A stretch of DNA of 64,000 nucleotides from Bacteroidales bacterium (GCA_025358455.1 JANYJP010000017.1:38781-102780); one strand, 5' to 3'. Counted from the stretch's first letter, positions 27,268 through 38,704 are shown. Notes: a model not told the origin generated them from the letters alone. A program made the numbers and translations.

Positions 27268-29232
27268 ATGTATTCCAGATTACTCTTCATCGTGTTATTG
27301 GCCTTTAATATTTGCAGTCAGGTAAAGGCACAGCAGCAAAAAGCAGTTCGCGATTCTATTAAGATTATTCAGGATTCTACCAATTATAAAGAAATTGATC
27401 TGCATTCTAAAAGAACTGTTCAGGATTCATCACAATACAGGGCGATAGAAAAGTTTTCGGAAAAATCAAGATTAACCAGATTTATCCACCGTCTGATTTT
27501 TAAACCGGTTAAAAGGAAACCAGTATCGCAACCCAAAAAGATTAAAATCAAAAAACCGATAAATAAGACCTCGTCAGAGGGCAAAGTCATAAGAAAAATC
27601 CAAATTACGACACTCGATCCATTTGGGTATAGCATTACTGATACGACCAGTCATCCCCAGATATTATTAATGAAAGCAGGGAATAGTGTGCATATAAAAA
27701 CCCGGCCAAAGATCATAAAGAACCTTTTGCTTTTTAAAGAGAATGACCGCTGGGATTCGTTGCTGATAAGGGAATCAGAGCGATTAATCCGATCACAAAG
27801 GTATGTCCACGATGTGCAGATTAATACTATACCTGTATCGCGTAAGAGTGATTCAGTTGATGTTTATATAAGAGAGTTGGATGTCTGGAGTATTGTCCCT
27901 GCTCTTGGGATTTCAACTTCTTCACTATCAATGGGGCTTACCGATATTAATCTTATGGGGTTTGGAAATGGATTTCAGGGAAAAACCCAGTGGAAACGTC
28001 CTTCAGGCGATAATGTATCACGTTTAAGTTACCTGATTCCCAATATCCGCAACTCTTATATAAGTCTTAATTTTCAGTACTTATTTTCACCTAATACTAA
28101 CCTTCTGAATAACGTTCAGTTTACAAAATATTTTTATTCTCCTTTAAGCACCGGTGAGCAATATTTGTTTTCAGGGAATAGTAATATGATTAAAAGTATA
28201 GAGCTCTCAAGATTGTTCTATTCCCCGATGACAAAATGGGCCGGAGGAATATTTCTCGGGCAGATGCTGACGACTCAGAGCTATATCCTGAATGATACAA
28301 CCCGATATTTATCATCTCCCACAAATATCCGGGATTATTGGCTTGGAAGATCGTGGCAGATGAGTAAACTAAATACCGGGGATGGACGAATTACAAGCCT
28401 GATATTATCGGGACGAATTCTTAGAATCCGGTCAGCAAGATCTGCTGAAGCTTTAACAGCAAATATTTTCAATAAGGAAAACTTTTATTTTGCCGGAATT
28501 GGCATTGCCTCAAGAAAATATATAAAGGACAAGTACATTTTCAATTATGGAAAAGTTGAAGATGTTCCAACAGGTCGCACATTTGGTATAACAGTCGGTT
28601 TGGATGCCCGGCAAACAAAGAGGCTTTATATGGGGGTTAATGCCGGCTTGGGAAATTATTATACCTTCGGATATCTGAGCACTCATTTTGAATATGGAGT
28701 GTATAAAGGATCTGCAGGATATCAGCAAGGCGTGTTTACAGCCCGAATCAATTATTATACCAGGTTGTTAAACCTTGGAACCTGGAAACTAAGGCAATTT
28801 GTCAGACCATCTCTTGTACTTGGTATTAATCGGCTTCCTACAGATAATCTGATTTTCAGCGAAGGGTTAAAAGGATTTGAACCTATGGGATATTCCGGAA
28901 CAAGGCTGATGGTATTAACACTGCAGACTCAAAGTTATGCCCCCTGGAATCTTTTAGGTTTTCATTTCGGTCCATATCTTTTCACATCAATGGGAATACT
29001 TGGAAACGAATCATATGGTTTTAAGAGTAGCCGTATCTATTCTTTAATTGGTTTCGGATTGCTTATTAAAAATGATTTTCTGACGTTCAATACTTTCCAG
29101 ATATCTATGACATTTTATCCGTTTATTCCAGGGAAAGGTTATGATATTTTAAGAATGAATTCCTATAGAACCAGTGATTATGGATTTCGGGATTTTGAAA
29201 TTTCCAAACCGGGAGTAGTCGATTTCAGATAA
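27268..29232 (+). CDS. Putative outer-membrane protein: POTRA-like segment plus a large beta-barrel (Omp85-like)
   Basis: Signal peptide and a Lys-rich linker. The segment 'VIRKIQITTLDP...VDVYIRELDVWSIVPALG' resembles a POTRA unit. Beyond it lie ~400 aa of alternating aromatic and Gly-rich strands. Confidence 0.45.
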   Translation: MYSRLLFIVLLAFNICSQVKAQQQKAVRDSIKIIQDSTNYKEIDLHSKRTVQDSSQYRAIEKFSEKSRLTRFIHRLIFKPVKRKPVSQPKKIKIKKPINKTSSEGKVIRKIQITTLDPFGYSITDTTSHPQILLMKAGNSVHIKTRPKIIKNLLLFKENDRWDSLLIRESERLIRSQRYVHDVQINTIPVSRKSDSVDVYIRELDVWSIVPALGISTSSLSMGLTDINLMGFGNGFQGKTQWKRPSGDNVSRLSYLIPNIRNSYISLNFQYLFSPNTNLLNNVQFTKYFYSPLSTGEQYLFSGNSNMIKSIELSRLFYSPMTKWAGGIFLGQMLTTQSYILNDTTRYLSSPTNIRDYWLGRSWQMSKLNTGDGRITSLILSGRILRIRSARSAEALTANIFNKENFYFAGIGIASRKYIKDKYIFNYGKVEDVPTGRTFGITVGLDARQTKRLYMGVNAGLGNYYTFGYLSTHFEYGVYKGSAGYQQGVFTARINYYTRLLNLGTWKLRQFVRPSLVLGINRLPTDNLIFSEGLKGFEPMGYSGTRLMVLTLQTQSYAPWNLLGFHFGPYLFTSMGILGNESYGFKSSRIYSLIGFGLLIKNDFLTFNTFQISMTFYPFIPGKGYDILRMNSYRTSDYGFRDFEISKPGVVDFR

Positions 29233-29296
29233 ATTTCACATATTATTTTCTCCAATACAACGTTTTAAGTAACGTCCTGTTATTTACTCAAAAATG

Positions 29297-29361
29297 TGTG
29301 AATAATGTAACTAATTCTAAAAGTTGTATAACGCTTCTCAGAATAAAGCCAACCATCTTTA
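29297..29361 (+). promoter_or_regulatory. Class-2 stress module, copy B
   Basis: TGTGAATAATGTAAC-N15-TATAAC-N21-CATCTTTA. It ends 38 nt before the ATG at 29400. Confidence 0.6.
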
Positions 29362-29399
29362 CATTACTATAATAATGGTTTAACAAAAACTCAATCCGA

Positions 29400-29843
29400 A
29401 TGGAAAAAACTAATTTAAAAACCCCGGTAAGGAATACCTTATTATTCATTGCAGCCGTAATAATGATATCCTCTTTAAATTCTTGCGCGTTAAAAAAACC
29501 ATTCCTGTTATCATCTGTAGAACCAGCAGCCAGAGGAACTGTCACAATAAAAAGTGATAAGAATAAAAATTATAAAATTAAAGTACAAATATATAATCTG
29601 GCTGAAGCTAACAGGCTTCCCGGAGTAAAGAGTACTTACGTAGTATGGATGATAACGGTGGAAAAGACTACAAAAAATATAGGTCAGATTAAAAGCTCCA
29701 CAGGCATCCTTTCTAAACGGCTTAAAGCTTCTCTGGAGACAAAATCGTCATTTAAGCCCACTAAAATATTTCTTACACTTGAGGATGATGCAAGCATTCA
29801 ATCGCCGATAGGTCAGGTTGTGTTATCAACCAATAATTTTTAA
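29400..29843 (+). CDS. Hypothetical lipoprotein
   Basis: Signal and lipobox-like 'LLFIAAVIMISSLNSC'. 147 aa, beta-rich. No family recognised. Confidence 0.5.
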   Translation: MEKTNLKTPVRNTLLFIAAVIMISSLNSCALKKPFLLSSVEPAARGTVTIKSDKNKNYKIKVQIYNLAEANRLPGVKSTYVVWMITVEKTTKNIGQIKSSTGILSKRLKASLETKSSFKPTKIFLTLEDDASIQSPIGQVVLSTNNF

Positions 29844-29989
29844 AAATATTTTTTTACCCGCAGTGGAAATTCCGACCAGGAATTTTGACCTCGTTATAAG
29901 GTCCACCTTAAATTTCATTTTGATAATGTATAAAGAAATATTCAGGCATGGTTATTTAACATATCACTCTAAAACGGTGCAAATCTGTT

Positions 29990-32900
29990 ATGAAGGTTAG
30001 TAATCCTAAAATTAACGAGTCGCTGCACCAGATAACAGCAGGTCTTTTTGGAGAAGGCTCTCCGAAAAGGTATGCAGGTGAGGAACAACCATTGCGTTCG
30101 GAATTATTCAATTCTGATCAGATGGAGCAGCACGGGAGGAAACTTGCCTCACTGCATACCGTGGGTACAGAACTTGTACCAGACCAATATCTTCTGAACA
30201 GGCTTGCCGAGAATGAGGTAGTCCTCAACGAGGTTCGTAATATTGTTACTGAATCGGTAAAAGCCAATCGTCAGATTACTCCTGCCGGAGAATGGCTGCT
30301 CGACAATTTCTATCTGATTGAAGAGCATATCCATACAGGTAAAAGGCATTTGCCAAAAGGTTACAGCAGGGAATTGCCCCGGCTGCTTACCGGGTTATCC
30401 AAAGGACTTCCGCGTGTTTATGACATTGGTCTTGAAACAATATCACATGGTGATGGACGGGTAGATCCGGAAAGTCTCGGGCGTTTCGTTACAGCTTACC
30501 AGACAGTAAGTCCGTTAAAGCTGGGTGAATTATGGGCAATCCCTATAATGTTACGCCTTGCGCTAATCGAGAACCTCCGGCGTGTAGGTGCCCGTATAGC
30601 TGATAATAGTATTGACCGCGATTTGTCCGATACCTGGGCTGAAAAGATGATGGAAACTGCCGAGAAAGATCCAAAGAACCTCATATTGGTTATAGCTGAT
30701 ATGGCCAGATCGAAACCCCCATTGTCCAACTCATTTGTTTCAGAGTTTGCCCGCCGGTTGCAGGGACAGACTTCTGCACTGGCGTTACCACTGACATGGA
30801 TTGAACAGCAACTATCAGAATCAGGCTCAACAATTGAGCGTATGGTTCAATTGGGGAATCAACAGCTGGCTGCAGATCAGCTATCTATAAGTAACAGTAT
30901 CGACAGTCTCCGTTTCCTTGGTTCGATGGATTGGAAAGATTTTGTCGAAAGAATGAGCATCATTGAACAGATATTACGCAGCGATCCGGGTGGCGCTTAT
31001 AGTAAAATGGATTTTTCTACCCGTGACCACTATCGCCACATAATCGAAAAAATTGCAAAGAGCAGCCTAATGTCAGAAGTTGATGTGGCAGCTAAAGCGA
31101 TATACCTGGCACAACGAAACGCAACCTCCATTAGCACCGATGACAGAACAGCCCATGTCGGATTCTTTCTGGTTGACAAGGGATTACCGGAACTGGAACG
31201 GGAAGTGATGGTGCAATTCTCCGTTCTCAGGACTTTAGCTAAAGTGGGTACAAGGTTTAATTTACTATTATTTACAGGCTCAATCCTGCTACTAACACTG
31301 ATTTTAACCTGGGCCTTACTTGCAGAGGCGTTTGCTGAAGGAGTTCATGGTCTGCCATTTTGGCTTCTGGGTATCCTTTTAGCAGTTTGTTCAAGTCATC
31401 TGGCTGTTCCTCTCGTGAACTGGCTGGCAACATTGCTGGCAAGTCCCAAACCGTTGCCGAGGATGGATTTCTCGCACGGTATACCTCCTGAATCCCGCAC
31501 TATTGTAGTTATTCCTTCAATGCTCCTCAGCACACAAAACATTGACGAGCTGATCGAGAATATTGAAGTGAGGTTCCTTGCAAACCGCGATAAAAACCTT
31601 CATTTTGCTTTACTGACAGATTTTAGGGATTCCGACAATAAAACTCAGCCTGATGATGAGTTGCTGGTACAACTTGCCATTAAGAAAATTCAGGATCTTA
31701 ATGAAAAATACAAAGACACCAAAAACGAAACATTCTTTCTGTTTCATCGTCCGCGCCGTTGGAACAACAGTGACCGGTTATGGATGGGTTACGAACGCAA
31801 GAGAGGGAAGCTTGCTGAACTGAATTCTTTTTTGCGTGGCGGATCTGAAAATCATTTTTCGCATATAATAGGAAATACTGAAGTTTTATCAGATGTGAAA
31901 TATGTTATTACCCTCGACACAGATACACAGCTTCCAAGGGATTCTGCCCGGCAGTTTGTAGGTACAATGGCACACCCTCTGAACCGTGCTGTATATGATG
32001 AAAACAAGCAGCGGGTTTGCATTGGTTATGGCATACTGCAGCCTCGTGTTGCTGTCAGTCTTCCGGCTACAAACATGTCGGTATATGCCAGGTTGTATGG
32101 AAGTGAGCCTGGAATAGACCCTTACACCCGCACAGTATCAGATGTTTACCAGGATGTTTTTGGTGAGGGATCTTTTATTGGTAAAGGAATTTATGATGTT
32201 GATATCTTTAATCAGGTATTCCATTCACGCTTTCCTGAAAACAAGATCCTGAGCCATGATCTTCTTGAAGGATGCTATGCCCGGTCCGGATTAATTAGCG
32301 ATGTTCAGTTATTTGAAGAATATCCCTCAAATTATGTAGCAGACGTAAACCGCCGGCACCGTTGGATACGCGGAGACTGGCAAATAATCAGATGGTTGTT
32401 GCCTAAAGCTCCATGGATGCACGGAAGTTTACAAAGAAATCCCCTCTCAGCACTTTCCCGCTGGAAGATATTTGACAATCTGAGAAGAAGCTTAACTCCC
32501 ATTGCACTGACGCTACTTCTTTTGCTCGGATGGTCATTATTGTCACACGCGTGGTTCTGGACCTTATCAGTTATTGGAATCATCACGTTACCTTCCCTTA
32601 TAATATCCATTGTGGATGTTTTTAATAGACAGACTGATGTACTTCCCAGGCAACATGTTACAGCTTCAATACGTTCGGCGAGCAGACACTTTTCCCAGGC
32701 AGCCTTTATGTTTGCATGCCTGCCTTATGAAGCATTTTACAGTCTCGATGCCATATCCCGCACTCTCTGGAGGCTACTCATCTCGCACAAGAGGCTTCTT
32801 GAATGGAATCTGTCAGGCAAAGCAGAACGGACTAAACGCCCGGGTATAATCGGAACATATATGTCACTGTGGATCGCCCCTTTAATTTCTTTTGTCTCTA

Positions 32901-35900
32901 TAATTTCGCTGGCGCTTTCACAACCAATAATGCTTGCCGTTGTATGGCCTATTCCCGCCCTCTGGTCATCGTCTCCCTTTATTGCCTGGTGGATAAGTCT
33001 GACTCTCAGTCATCGAAAAGCCCGATTATCATCTTATAACATGTTATTCCTCAGGGAACTCTCCAGAAAGACATGGGCATTCTTTGAAGCCTTTGTCGGC
33101 CCTGAAGATAACTGGTTACCACCTGACAACTTTCAGGAGGAGCCTGTTGCAACAATAGCACATCGCACCTCACCAACAAATATGGGCCTGGCATTACTTG
33201 CGAACCTGTCCGCATACGATTTCAGATATATCCCGACGGGCAGGCTAATCGAACGAACAACAAACGCACTTCTTACTATGGAAAAGATGGAGCGGTACAG
33301 AGGCCATTTCTTTAATTGGTATGATACAAAAACTCTGAAGCCTTTACAACCGCCCTTTATTTCATCAGTTGACAGTGGTAATCTTGCTGGTTATATTATG
33401 ATTTTACGACCTGGACTTCTTAGTCTTCACGACCAGAAGATTATGGATCCAAAACTGTTTGAATCGATAGATGATACTTTGAGAATCCTTCTTGGTCTGG
33501 CCGATAAATCTTCAATGGCAAGACTTATAAAATTCAGAAAGGAATTAAAGGTCATCACAGATTCCCATCCTTCGACACTGATTGATCTCCGGCTTTGGCT
33601 TCTTCAGATTTCAGCATCAGCTGTTGAAGTTACCGAGGGACTTATCCCGGACCCTGATAATCAGGCGTACTGGTGGGCTAATTCGCTGCAAAGTCAGTGC
33701 CTTAGTTTCCTTGATGAGCTGACTTTTCTCACACCATGGATACTGTTACCCCCTCTTCCTGACAACCTGATTAAGTTTCCGGGAATTAATGGGATACCTA
33801 CACTTCGTGAACTGGCTGATCTTGACATTAATCTGTTACCTGACATAGAAAATTTATCTGCTCCTGACAAAAAGCCTGAAATGATAAAGCTCATAAATGA
33901 CTTAAAACGGTCTGTAATTGAAGCAAAGTTCAGAGCTAATGAACGGATGGAAGCAATTGAAACCCTGGTATTGAAAGCTGGTGAGTTTACCCATATTGAG
34001 TATGAGTTTCTGTATGACAAAGGGCGTCACCTTCTTTCTGTTGGCTATAATGTAGATGAGCGCCGCAAAGACTCGAGTTATTACGACCTGCTTGCTTCGG
34101 AAGCCCGGTTTACAAGCTTTGTTGGTATTGCACAGGGACAAATTCCACAGGATAGCTGGTTTACGCTTGGACGACTGATTACCTCTACGGGAGGTGATCC
34201 GGTTCTTCTTTCCTGGAGTGGTTCCATGTTTGAATACCTTATGCCTCTGCTGGTGATGCCGACATATGAAAATACCCTGCTTGATCAGACTTATAAGACG
34301 ACGGTTAAGAGACAAATCGAATACGGAAAAAGGAGAGGCACTCCATGGGGTATCTCGGAATCAGGTTATAACATGGTTGATATTCATATGAATTACCAAT
34401 ACCGGGCATTTGGAGTGCCGGGCATGGGACTTAAACGGGGACTGGCTGAGGACCTGGTCATTGCACCGTATGCTTCCATTCTCGCTTTGATGGTAGAACC
34501 GGAAGAAGCATGTCAGAATCTAAAGCATATGGCTGAGAATAGTATGGTAGGAAAATACGGATTTTATGAAGCTGTTGACTATTCTCCTTCACGCATTCCA
34601 CGGGGCCAATCCAGAGTAATAATACATTCATTTATGGCACATCATGAGGGGATGAGCCTTCTTTCGCTTGCATATGTGCTCCTTGACCGGCCGATGCAGA
34701 AGCGGTTTGAATCTGACAATATGTTTCAGGCAACAATGCTGCTCCTTCAGGAACGGATTCCAAAGGCTACTGCATTCTATTCATATACCGCAGGTATTTC
34801 AGACATTCACACCATATCAGGCACCTCTGAAATGCCGGTTCGCATGCTTAATACACCTGATACACTTATACCTGAAGTACATCTTTTGTCAAATGGAAGA
34901 TATAACGTTATGGTGACGAATGCAGGAGGTGGCTACAGCAGTTGGAAAGACCTTGCAATAACACGATGGCGTGAAGACACCACACGCGATAACTGGGGTT
35001 CATTTTGTTATATACGTGACCTTAATACTGGCGAGTTCTGGTCAACAGCGTATCAGCCGACTCTTAAAGAATCAGAAAATTATGAAGCAATTTTTTCGAA
35101 GGGACGTGCTGAATTCCGGCGTCGCGATAATGATTTTGATACTCATACCGAAGTCGTTGTTTCCCCCGAAGATGATATCGAATTACGCAGGGTCCGCATC
35201 ACAAACAGGTCGAGGTTACGCAGGGCTATAGATGTAACAAGTTATGCAGAGGTGGTACTTACTTCAGCTGTAGCAGATACCATACATCCTGCATTCAGTA
35301 ATTTATTTGTGCAAACAGAAATCATCAGCGAACGGCAGGCAATTTTATGCACCCGCAGGCCACGCTCAGTAGATGAACGTGTTCCCTGGATGTTTCACAA
35401 GATGACAGTGCATGGAGCAGACACCGGAGCCGTTTCGTACGAGACAGACAGAATGGAATTCATAGGCAGAGGCAACAGTGTCGTTGCTCCACAGGCCATG
35501 ACCAGTAAAGAAAAGCTCTCGGGAAATCAGGGCTCGGTACTTGATCCAATTGTGGCAATCCGGTTTCATATAATCCTTGATCCTGAAGAATCAGCAAAAA
35601 TTGATATAGTAACCGGAATATGTGAAACCCGTGAAGCAGCCTTAAGCCTTGCCGATAAGTACCAGGATCTACGGCTGGCAAATCGTGTCTTTGAACTGGC
35701 ATGGACCTACAGTCAGGTGGTACTGAGGCAGATAAATGCCACAGAAGCTGATGCGCAACTTTACGGACGTCTTGCCAGTTCCATAATTTATGCAAACTCA
35801 TCTTTACGGGCTGAAACGAATATTCTCAATAAAAACCGCCGTGGACAATCAGGCTTATGGGGTTACTCCATTTCCGGCGATTTGCCAATAGTGTTATTGA

Positions 35901-38704
35901 AGATTGAAGATCCCGGAAATATAAATCTGGTACGGCAACTTGTCCAGGCTCATGCTTACTGGAGATTAAAAGGCCTGGCAGTAGACCTTGTAATCTGGAA
36001 TGAAGATCGTGCAGGATACAGGCAGCTTCTCAATGATCAGATCCTTGGATTAATAGCAGCAGGAATGGAAGCCAATATTATTGATCGGCCGGGCGGTATT
36101 TTCGTCCGGCTCGCAGATCAGATTTCTAATGAGGACCGTATATTGATCCAGACTGTTGCCCGTGCCATTATAAGCGACAAAAGAGGAACACTGGCTGAAC
36201 AGATCAACCGTCGGGCCTTTATTGAAGCTCCGGTTCCATCGTTTAAACCTGCCCGCATTTCGCGGACAAACCTTCCTGTCGAAATTGAGCTGCAACAACC
36301 AATGGGTCTGAGCTTCTTTAATGGTTTAGGCGGATTCACACAGGATGGGCACGAGTATGTTATATCAACTTCAGGCAAACAGGTGACACCGGCGCCCTGG
36401 GTTAATGTTCTGACGAACCCTCGTTTTGGAACCGTTATTTCCGAGAACGGATCATCCTATACATGGAGTGAAAATGCCCACGAAATACGTCTTACTCCCT
36501 GGAATAATGACCCGGTAACCGATTCAGGAGGAGAAGCTATTTATATCAGGGATGAAGAAAGTGGCTATTACTGGTCCCCAACACCATTTCCTGGCTGTGG
36601 TACAAAAACTTACATAAGTCGTCACGGATTCGGTTACAGTATTTTTGAACATATTGAAGCAGGAATTCATTCAGAATTATGCGTTTATGTAGCAATGGAT
36701 GCTTCAATTAAGTTTTCTGTTTTGAAATTAAAGAATGAATCTGGCCGCCAGCGTAAGCTTTCCGTTACAAGCTATATTGAATGGGTTCTGGGCGATCTGC
36801 GTCCGAAATCAGCTATGCACATAACCACTTCGATCGATCCTGATAACGGTGCATTATATGCCCGTAATCCGTATAATACTGAATTTGCCGAGCGTATAGC
36901 CTTTTTCCAGACTGATGAAATATATCATACTTTAAGCTGTGACCGGACAGAGTTTATAGGGAGGAATGGGACACTTAAAAATCCTGCAGCAATGGCAAAT
37001 TCAAGGCTTTCAGGAAAGGCAGGATCTGCCCTGGATCCTTGCGCTGCAATACAGGTTTCCTTCATACTTTCTGAACACCAGGAGCGTGAGACTATCTTCC
37101 GACTGGGAGTCGGGAGGAACTCCGAAGATGCCAATAAACTTGTTCGCAGGTTCTGGGGATCAACAGCAGCACATAATGCACTCGAAACAATACATAAGTT
37201 TTGGAAACACACCCTTGGCGCCGTTCAGATAGAAACTCCCGACAAGTCAATTAACATTCTCACTAACGGATGGCTAATGTACCAAACCCTGGCATGCCGG
37301 ATGTGGGGTAGAAGCGGATATTATCAGTCAGGTGGTGCATTTGGTTTCAGGGATCAGTTACAGGACTCAATGGCTCTAATATATTCTGTTCCTCATCTTG
37401 TAAGGGAACATCTGCTTTTATGTGCAAGTCGTCAGTTCAGGGGTGGAGATGTACAGCATTGGTGGCATCCTCCATCAGGCAGGGGTGTGCGCACGCATTG
37501 TTCTGATGATTACCTGTGGCTTCCACTGGTAGTCAGCCATTATGTTCTTCAAACAGGTGACACAGGTATACTTGAAGAGCCTGTTCACTTTCTTGAGGGT
37601 AACCCTTTAAAGGCAGAAGACGACTCATATTACGATCTTCCCAACAGGTCAGAGGAGGTTGCCAGCTTATATCAGCATTGCGTGAGGGCTATCCTCAGAG
37701 GACTTAGTTTTGGTGTACATGGAGTGCCACTTATTGGAACAGGCGACTGGAACGATGGCATGAACATGGTTGGGAATAAAGGAAAAGGTGAGAGCGTGTG
37801 GTTAGGTTTCTTCTTATATGACGTACTCCAACATTTTACCAGAGTTGCACAACTTCAAGGCGATCTGCCTTTCGTTGAACGCTGTAAAAAGGAAGCAACT
37901 AAACTGCGCCAGAATATTGAGAAGAACTGCTGGGATGGCGAGTGGTATCTTCGTGCCTGGTTTGATGACGGACAGGTACTTGGGTCTGCATCGAACACCG
38001 AATGCAAGATAGATTCCATACCACAAAGTTGGTCGGTATTGTCAGCCGCGGGAGACCCGGTTCGTTCGCGCCTGGCAATGGAAGCTTTTGATAAACATCT
38101 CGTTCGCCGCGATCATGGCCTTATTCAGGTTTTAGACCCGCCATTCGACAAATCAGATCTGAATCCTGGTTATATAAAAGGCTATGTGCCCGGAGTAAGG
38201 GAAAATGGAGGCCAGTACACACATGCTGCTTTGTGGGCAGCGATGGCGTATGCCAAATTGGGCGATAGTAAGCATGCATGGGAATTGCTTAACATTATCA
38301 ACCCTGTAAATCATACACGATCACCTGAGAGTACCGCAATATATAAAGTGGAGCCATATGTTGTTGCAGCCGATGTTTATGCCTTGTCACCTCATATAGG
38401 TCACGGAGGATGGACATGGTATACCGGGTCAGCAGCACTGACTTACAGACTTATAATTGAATCACTGCTGGGACTAAGGCTAGAGTCAGACAAATTGTTT
38501 ATTGAACCATGCCTTCCCTCTGAGTGGGAGAAATTATCTATAAACTACCGTTACAAAGAGACCACCTATAATATCTCACTTATACGAAAACACAACGACG
38601 ACAAAAAAGAACAAATAACCATTGATGGCGTAGTACAGGGAGATGTATCAATTACACTTATTGACGATCAAAAAGAACATTCGGTTGAGATTAGGATACT
38701 GTAA
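29990..38704 (+). CDS. cgs: Cyclic beta-1,2-glucan synthase-like giant enzyme (GT84 glycosyltransferase, membrane region, GH94 phosphorylase-like C-terminal domains)
   Basis: 2904 aa, close to the size of Cgs/NdvB/ChvB. It has a glycosyltransferase core ('VITLDTDTQLPRD', 'ILSHDLLEG', 'RHRWIRGDWQ'), several TM helices, and a C-terminal region with 'GDWNDGMN' and 'NGGQYTHAALWA', typical of GH94 cellobiose/chitobiose-phosphorylase-type domains. Confidence 0.85.
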   Translation: MKVSNPKINESLHQITAGLFGEGSPKRYAGEEQPLRSELFNSDQMEQHGRKLASLHTVGTELVPDQYLLNRLAENEVVLNEVRNIVTESVKANRQITPAGEWLLDNFYLIEEHIHTGKRHLPKGYSRELPRLLTGLSKGLPRVYDIGLETISHGDGRVDPESLGRFVTAYQTVSPLKLGELWAIPIMLRLALIENLRRVGARIADNSIDRDLSDTWAEKMMETAEKDPKNLILVIADMARSKPPLSNSFVSEFARRLQGQTSALALPLTWIEQQLSESGSTIERMVQLGNQQLAADQLSISNSIDSLRFLGSMDWKDFVERMSIIEQILRSDPGGAYSKMDFSTRDHYRHIIEKIAKSSLMSEVDVAAKAIYLAQRNATSISTDDRTAHVGFFLVDKGLPELEREVMVQFSVLRTLAKVGTRFNLLLFTGSILLLTLILTWALLAEAFAEGVHGLPFWLLGILLAVCSSHLAVPLVNWLATLLASPKPLPRMDFSHGIPPESRTIVVIPSMLLSTQNIDELIENIEVRFLANRDKNLHFALLTDFRDSDNKTQPDDELLVQLAIKKIQDLNEKYKDTKNETFFLFHRPRRWNNSDRLWMGYERKRGKLAELNSFLRGGSENHFSHIIGNTEVLSDVKYVITLDTDTQLPRDSARQFVGTMAHPLNRAVYDENKQRVCIGYGILQPRVAVSLPATNMSVYARLYGSEPGIDPYTRTVSDVYQDVFGEGSFIGKGIYDVDIFNQVFHSRFPENKILSHDLLEGCYARSGLISDVQLFEEYPSNYVADVNRRHRWIRGDWQIIRWLLPKAPWMHGSLQRNPLSALSRWKIFDNLRRSLTPIALTLLLLLGWSLLSHAWFWTLSVIGIITLPSLIISIVDVFNRQTDVLPRQHVTASIRSASRHFSQAAFMFACLPYEAFYSLDAISRTLWRLLISHKRLLEWNLSGKAERTKRPGIIGTYMSLWIAPLISFVSIISLALSQPIMLAVVWPIPALWSSSPFIAWWISLTLSHRKARLSSYNMLFLRELSRKTWAFFEAFVGPEDNWLPPDNFQEEPVATIAHRTSPTNMGLALLANLSAYDFRYIPTGRLIERTTNALLTMEKMERYRGHFFNWYDTKTLKPLQPPFISSVDSGNLAGYIMILRPGLLSLHDQKIMDPKLFESIDDTLRILLGLADKSSMARLIKFRKELKVITDSHPSTLIDLRLWLLQISASAVEVTEGLIPDPDNQAYWWANSLQSQCLSFLDELTFLTPWILLPPLPDNLIKFPGINGIPTLRELADLDINLLPDIENLSAPDKKPEMIKLINDLKRSVIEAKFRANERMEAIETLVLKAGEFTHIEYEFLYDKGRHLLSVGYNVDERRKDSSYYDLLASEARFTSFVGIAQGQIPQDSWFTLGRLITSTGGDPVLLSWSGSMFEYLMPLLVMPTYENTLLDQTYKTTVKRQIEYGKRRGTPWGISESGYNMVDIHMNYQYRAFGVPGMGLKRGLAEDLVIAPYASILALMVEPEEACQNLKHMAENSMVGKYGFYEAVDYSPSRIPRGQSRVIIHSFMAHHEGMSLLSLAYVLLDRPMQKRFESDNMFQATMLLLQERIPKATAFYSYTAGISDIHTISGTSEMPVRMLNTPDTLIPEVHLLSNGRYNVMVTNAGGGYSSWKDLAITRWREDTTRDNWGSFCYIRDLNTGEFWSTAYQPTLKESENYEAIFSKGRAEFRRRDNDFDTHTEVVVSPEDDIELRRVRITNRSRLRRAIDVTSYAEVVLTSAVADTIHPAFSNLFVQTEIISERQAILCTRRPRSVDERVPWMFHKMTVHGADTGAVSYETDRMEFIGRGNSVVAPQAMTSKEKLSGNQGSVLDPIVAIRFHIILDPEESAKIDIVTGICETREAALSLADKYQDLRLANRVFELAWTYSQVVLRQINATEADAQLYGRLASSIIYANSSLRAETNILNKNRRGQSGLWGYSISGDLPIVLLKIEDPGNINLVRQLVQAHAYWRLKGLAVDLVIWNEDRAGYRQLLNDQILGLIAAGMEANIIDRPGGIFVRLADQISNEDRILIQTVARAIISDKRGTLAEQINRRAFIEAPVPSFKPARISRTNLPVEIELQQPMGLSFFNGLGGFTQDGHEYVISTSGKQVTPAPWVNVLTNPRFGTVISENGSSYTWSENAHEIRLTPWNNDPVTDSGGEAIYIRDEESGYYWSPTPFPGCGTKTYISRHGFGYSIFEHIEAGIHSELCVYVAMDASIKFSVLKLKNESGRQRKLSVTSYIEWVLGDLRPKSAMHITTSIDPDNGALYARNPYNTEFAERIAFFQTDEIYHTLSCDRTEFIGRNGTLKNPAAMANSRLSGKAGSALDPCAAIQVSFILSEHQERETIFRLGVGRNSEDANKLVRRFWGSTAAHNALETIHKFWKHTLGAVQIETPDKSINILTNGWLMYQTLACRMWGRSGYYQSGGAFGFRDQLQDSMALIYSVPHLVREHLLLCASRQFRGGDVQHWWHPPSGRGVRTHCSDDYLWLPLVVSHYVLQTGDTGILEEPVHFLEGNPLKAEDDSYYDLPNRSEEVASLYQHCVRAILRGLSFGVHGVPLIGTGDWNDGMNMVGNKGKGESVWLGFFLYDVLQHFTRVAQLQGDLPFVERCKKEATKLRQNIEKNCWDGEWYLRAWFDDGQVLGSASNTECKIDSIPQSWSVLSAAGDPVRSRLAMEAFDKHLVRRDHGLIQVLDPPFDKSDLNPGYIKGYVPGVRENGGQYTHAALWAAMAYAKLGDSKHAWELLNIINPVNHTRSPESTAIYKVEPYVVAADVYALSPHIGHGGWTWYTGSAALTYRLIIESLLGLRLESDKLFIEPCLPSEWEKLSINYRYKETTYNISLIRKHNDDKKEQITIDGVVQGDVSITLIDDQKEHSVEIRIL

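Noticed and set aside
29818-30000. 60-aa ORF bridging the lipoprotein gene and the cgs start
   Set aside because: It overlaps the ends of both flanking genes in another frame, and it has no motif or plausible start context.
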